Source of the DNA: Clostridia bacterium
Lineage (GTDB): Bacteria; Bacillota; Clostridia; UBA1212; DUPL01
Assembly (NCBI GenBank): GCA_050951325.1
Contig: JBMNIW010000012.1
Span: forward strand, 544,001-608,000
Length of the DNA: 64,000 nt
Direction: 5' to 3'
Shown here: positions 61,046 to 64,000 of the stretch, piece by piece
Layout: each line of letters begins with the position of its first letter
How positions within the stretch are numbered: the stretch's first letter is position 1
Translations under genes and position numbers: made by a program
Notes under the pieces: generated by a model
The model's input: only the letters and a program-made list of their open reading frames with translations
What the model was told of the DNA's origin: nothing
Database searches by the model: none

Positions 61046-61783
61046 GTGAACAGAATGAGTACACACAAATCAAGCAAAAGATATGAAAGGCAGATGAATT
61101 TACAGAGTCTTCCCGACAACTTTCAGGACTTATTGCGTAATAGCAAGGTGTTGATTCTGGGAGCAGGAGGCTTGGGCTGTGCAGCCTCCATTTATGTCGC
61201 TGCAGCTGGTGTTGGAAAAATAACGGTGGTGGACAGGGACACTATAAACGAGCCCGACTTGAACAGACAGATACTCTATACACCGGAGGACATAGGAAAA
61301 AAGAAAGCCAAAACATGTGTGGAGAGGCTACATAAATTCAACCCGGATATAGAATGTGTGGGATTGGCAAAGGAGATAAATGACAAACTACTAAAGGACC
61401 TTGTTCCGAAGCATGATATTGTCATGGATTTATGCGACAACTATTCCACGAGAATAAAAATAGCTGAAGCATGTCAAAAATATGGTAGGCAATGTGTGGT
61501 TGCAGCTGTAAATGGACTTGAAGGATTTGTGATGGTTACAGACAAAGGTTCTGCATGTTTTGGTTGCCTTTATCCTGACGAAGTAAAGCTTTCAGTCAGC
61601 CCGCCGAGGGTTTTGGGAGCAGCAGCAGGAAATGTGGGAGTTCTAGCTGCCATGCGATGCATACTGACTTTATGTAATGTTGGAAAGGTCGGTGTCATGT
61701 ATTGTCTTGATTTTATAAACATGATTATTGACGAGATAGAGATAACGAAAAGCACCAATTGTCATGTTTGCTGCAAGGCTTGA
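61046..61783 (+). CDS. ThiF/MoeB/HesA-family adenylyltransferase
   Basis: RYERQ, GAGGLG, DRDTINEPDLNRQ, CDNYSTR, CFGCLYP, CHVC motifs. Confidence 0.9.
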   Translation: MNRMSTHKSSKRYERQMNLQSLPDNFQDLLRNSKVLILGAGGLGCAASIYVAAAGVGKITVVDRDTINEPDLNRQILYTPEDIGKKKAKTCVERLHKFNPDIECVGLAKEINDKLLKDLVPKHDIVMDLCDNYSTRIKIAEACQKYGRQCVVAAVNGLEGFVMVTDKGSACFGCLYPDEVKLSVSPPRVLGAAAGNVGVLAAMRCILTLCNVGKVGVMYCLDFINMIIDEIEITKSTNCHVCCKA

Positions 61784-61854
61784 CGCCTTGTTTTTTAGTC
61801 TTAAAAGTGGGATAATATATATCTCACCGTAAAGTTGATAAAGCGGAGGTTGTT

Positions 61855-62829
61855 ATGAATTATAGAGAATTGAAGATATTTGCAGGGAACTCGAACATAC
61901 CTTTGGCCAGGTCGATTGCCAAAAGACTTGGAAGAGACCTGGGGAAATGTACGGTGGGAAAATTCAGCGATGGAGAGACCAGCATAGATATTGCAGAAGC
62001 GGTGAGAGGAGATGACGTCTTTATCGTACAATCTACCTCAAGACCTGTAAACGATCATCTGGTTGAACTTCTTATTCTTATTGACGCAATGAAGAGAGCA
62101 TCTGCGGGAAGGATTACTGCGGTAATACCCTATTTTGGCTACGCACGCCAGGACAGAAAGGCAAAGAGAAGGGACCCCATATCAGCAAAGCTGGTTGCAA
62201 ATATGATTACCTGTGCAGGTGCCGACAGGGTACTTTCCATGGATCTGCATACAGCACAGATTGAAGGTTTTTTTGATGTGCCTGTGGATCATCTGTCTGG
62301 TGCTCCAATACTGGCAGACTACTTCATGAAAACCTTTGGTGATGAGGAATTTGTAGTTGTAGCCCCGGATGTGGGAGGCGTGGCAAGGGCAAGGAAGTTT
62401 GCCCAGAAGCTTGATGCATCGCCTCTTGCAATTATAGACAAGCGTCGTCAGGCGGCCAATGAATGTGAGATTATGAATATAATTGGAGATGTAAAGGGAA
62501 AACACTGCATAATGATAGACGATATAATTGACACGGCAGGCACTGTATGCAAAGGCGCCGAACTTTTGATGGAGAAGGGAGCGAAGACGGTATACGCATG
62601 CTGTACTCACGGTGTGTTTTCAGGAAACGCAATTGAGAATATAAATAATTCTGCGATAAAGGAACTGATTATGCTGGATACCATTAATACTAACCATGAT
62701 ATTTCTCCAAAGATTAAGATTCTTTCATCCGCACCTTTCTTTGCATGGGCAATAGAAAGAATATCCGGAGACAAATCGCTGAATCAATTCCATGACACGG
62801 ACTGGCAGGAAGATATATTTATACTTTGA
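61855..62829 (+). CDS. prs: Ribose-phosphate pyrophosphokinase
   Basis: FSDGE, PYFGYARQDRK, VAPDVGG, DDIIDTAGT motifs. Confidence 0.97.
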   Translation: MNYRELKIFAGNSNIPLARSIAKRLGRDLGKCTVGKFSDGETSIDIAEAVRGDDVFIVQSTSRPVNDHLVELLILIDAMKRASAGRITAVIPYFGYARQDRKAKRRDPISAKLVANMITCAGADRVLSMDLHTAQIEGFFDVPVDHLSGAPILADYFMKTFGDEEFVVVAPDVGGVARARKFAQKLDASPLAIIDKRRQAANECEIMNIIGDVKGKHCIMIDDIIDTAGTVCKGAELLMEKGAKTVYACCTHGVFSGNAIENINNSAIKELIMLDTINTNHDISPKIKILSSAPFFAWAIERISGDKSLNQFHDTDWQEDIFIL

Positions 62830-63443
62830 CGGGGGATGCGATGTTAAGAAAGATTTTTGGAAATACAAGCAGTGAAAACACCTATGTTGTGATAGGTTTG
62901 GGCAACATAGGTGACGAATATGCCAACACTAGACACAATATGGGCTTCATGGCCATCGATATTTTAGCCAGCAGACTGGGCATAAATATTTCTAGACGGA
63001 AATATCAAGGCTATTACGGTGAAGGCAGGTATGAAGGGAAAAAGGTTGTATTGGTAAAGCCTGCTACGTATATGAACAGAAGCGGCGACTGTGTTGCCCA
63101 ATTACTAAACAGATACAAGATTTCTCTGGACAAACTGATTATTCTCTATGACGATGTGGATATAAAGGCGGGAAGTATAAGAGTAAGGGCTAAAGGCAGT
63201 GCGGGAAGCCACAACGGAATGCGTTCGGTATTGAAAGCGACAGGAAGTGAGGAGTTTCCAAGAATAAGGATAGGTATCGGAAAAAATCCGCCGGATGTGG
63301 ATATTGTCCAATACGTACTTGGAAGAATAGGAAAGGAAGAAGCCTCTGTATTGCGAAAAGGTATTGAAAAAGCGTCGGAAGCTGCATTGCTGATTATGAG
63401 TGAAGGAATTGAAAGGGCAATGAATATATGCAACCAAAACTGA
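62826..63443 (+). CDS. pth: Peptidyl-tRNA hydrolase
   Basis: GLGNIG..Y.NTRHNMGF, KPATYMNRSG, GSAGSHNG motifs. Start may be 62840. Confidence 0.95.
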   Translation: MTGDAMLRKIFGNTSSENTYVVIGLGNIGDEYANTRHNMGFMAIDILASRLGINISRRKYQGYYGEGRYEGKKVVLVKPATYMNRSGDCVAQLLNRYKISLDKLIILYDDVDIKAGSIRVRAKGSAGSHNGMRSVLKATGSEEFPRIRIGIGKNPPDVDIVQYVLGRIGKEEASVLRKGIEKASEAALLIMSEGIERAMNICNQN

Positions 63444-64000
63444 ACCTTTTGTTTGAACCGGTCAGACAATGGGAAGACCTAAAAAGATTGGTCGGTTCAA
63501 TTAAGAATAAGGACAAAACAACAGTGACAGGCCTTTCTGAATCAAGAAAGGTCCATTTTGCGTGCCTGTTGGCAAGAGAAACAGGCAAAAAGATTCTGTA
63601 TGTCGCGTCAAATGAATATGCTGCGTTAAGGGCATATGAGGATTTTTCCTTCTTTGCACCTGACAAGGTTGTTTTGTTTGAACCTAATGAATACATGCTC
63701 TATGATGTGGAAGCCAGAAGTACTGATGTTGGAATCAGGAGAATGATGGCGCTGGAGAAAATCGTCAAGGGAGAATGGGAGATGGTTGTTGTCAGCGTAA
63801 ATGCGTTAATGCAGTGGATGCCTTCTCCCAAGGACTTTGTAAACTCCTTTTTATTTATAAAAAAAGACGATATATTTGAAACAACAGAGATTGCTGAAAT
63901 GCTTGTACAAAGGGGATACGAAAGAGTAACCCAGGTCCTTTCAAGGGGACAGTTTTCCTTGAGGGGAGACATACTTGATGTTTACCCAGTATCTTCAGAG
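63428..64000 (+). CDS. mfd: Transcription-repair coupling factor (5' part, runs off window)
   Basis: Open frame MQPKLNLLFEP..VTGLSES..GYERVTQV..RGQFSLRGDILDVYP; conserved pth-mfd order. Confidence 0.88.
   Translation, partial: MQPKLNLLFEPVRQWEDLKRLVGSIKNKDKTTVTGLSESRKVHFACLLARETGKKILYVASNEYAALRAYEDFSFFAPDKVVLFEPNEYMLYDVEARSTDVGIRRMMALEKIVKGEWEMVVVSVNALMQWMPSPKDFVNSFLFIKKDDIFETTEIAEMLVQRGYERVTQVLSRGQFSLRGDILDVYPVSSE

Noticed and set aside
61046-61783. ThiF as an anti-phage ubiquitin-like or RiPP system
   Set aside because: Context (MoaD, AOR) fits cofactor sulfur transfer; no E2, JAB or precursor-peptide genes nearby.

Overview
Chromosomal window from a low-GC, probably spore-forming Clostridia-type Firmicute. 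Most genes are on the + strand, and the housekeeping content (metG, tig-clpP-clpX, tsaD, murC, prs-pth-mfd, sigK, mreB-like) resembles a region near the replication origin. Four features stand out. (1) At 50.2-61.8 kb, a Moco/tungsten-cofactor riboswitch controls an operon of Cys-less molybdopterin-binding-fold surface proteins, an alkaline-phosphatase-fold lipoprotein, a complete ECF transporter, MobB and a kinase-like protein. It sits beside a tungsten aldehyde:ferredoxin oxidoreductase with MoaD- and MoeB-like genes, and is a candidate uptake/salvage system for Mo/W pterin cofactor (inference). (2) An IS1634-family element at 8504-10435 is flanked exactly at both ends by ~1.25 kb direct repeats. 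These duplicate pspC and a surface-protein gene, and the copies have diverged in a mosaic pattern. (3) An isolated DnaA-box cluster lies at 34.35-34.48 kb. (4) A reduced Tad/Flp pilus locus has Spo0A-like boxes and an RBS-sequestering hairpin upstream. metG carries three +1 frameshifts, most likely sequence errors. All family assignments come from motif recognition by eye; no database searches were run.
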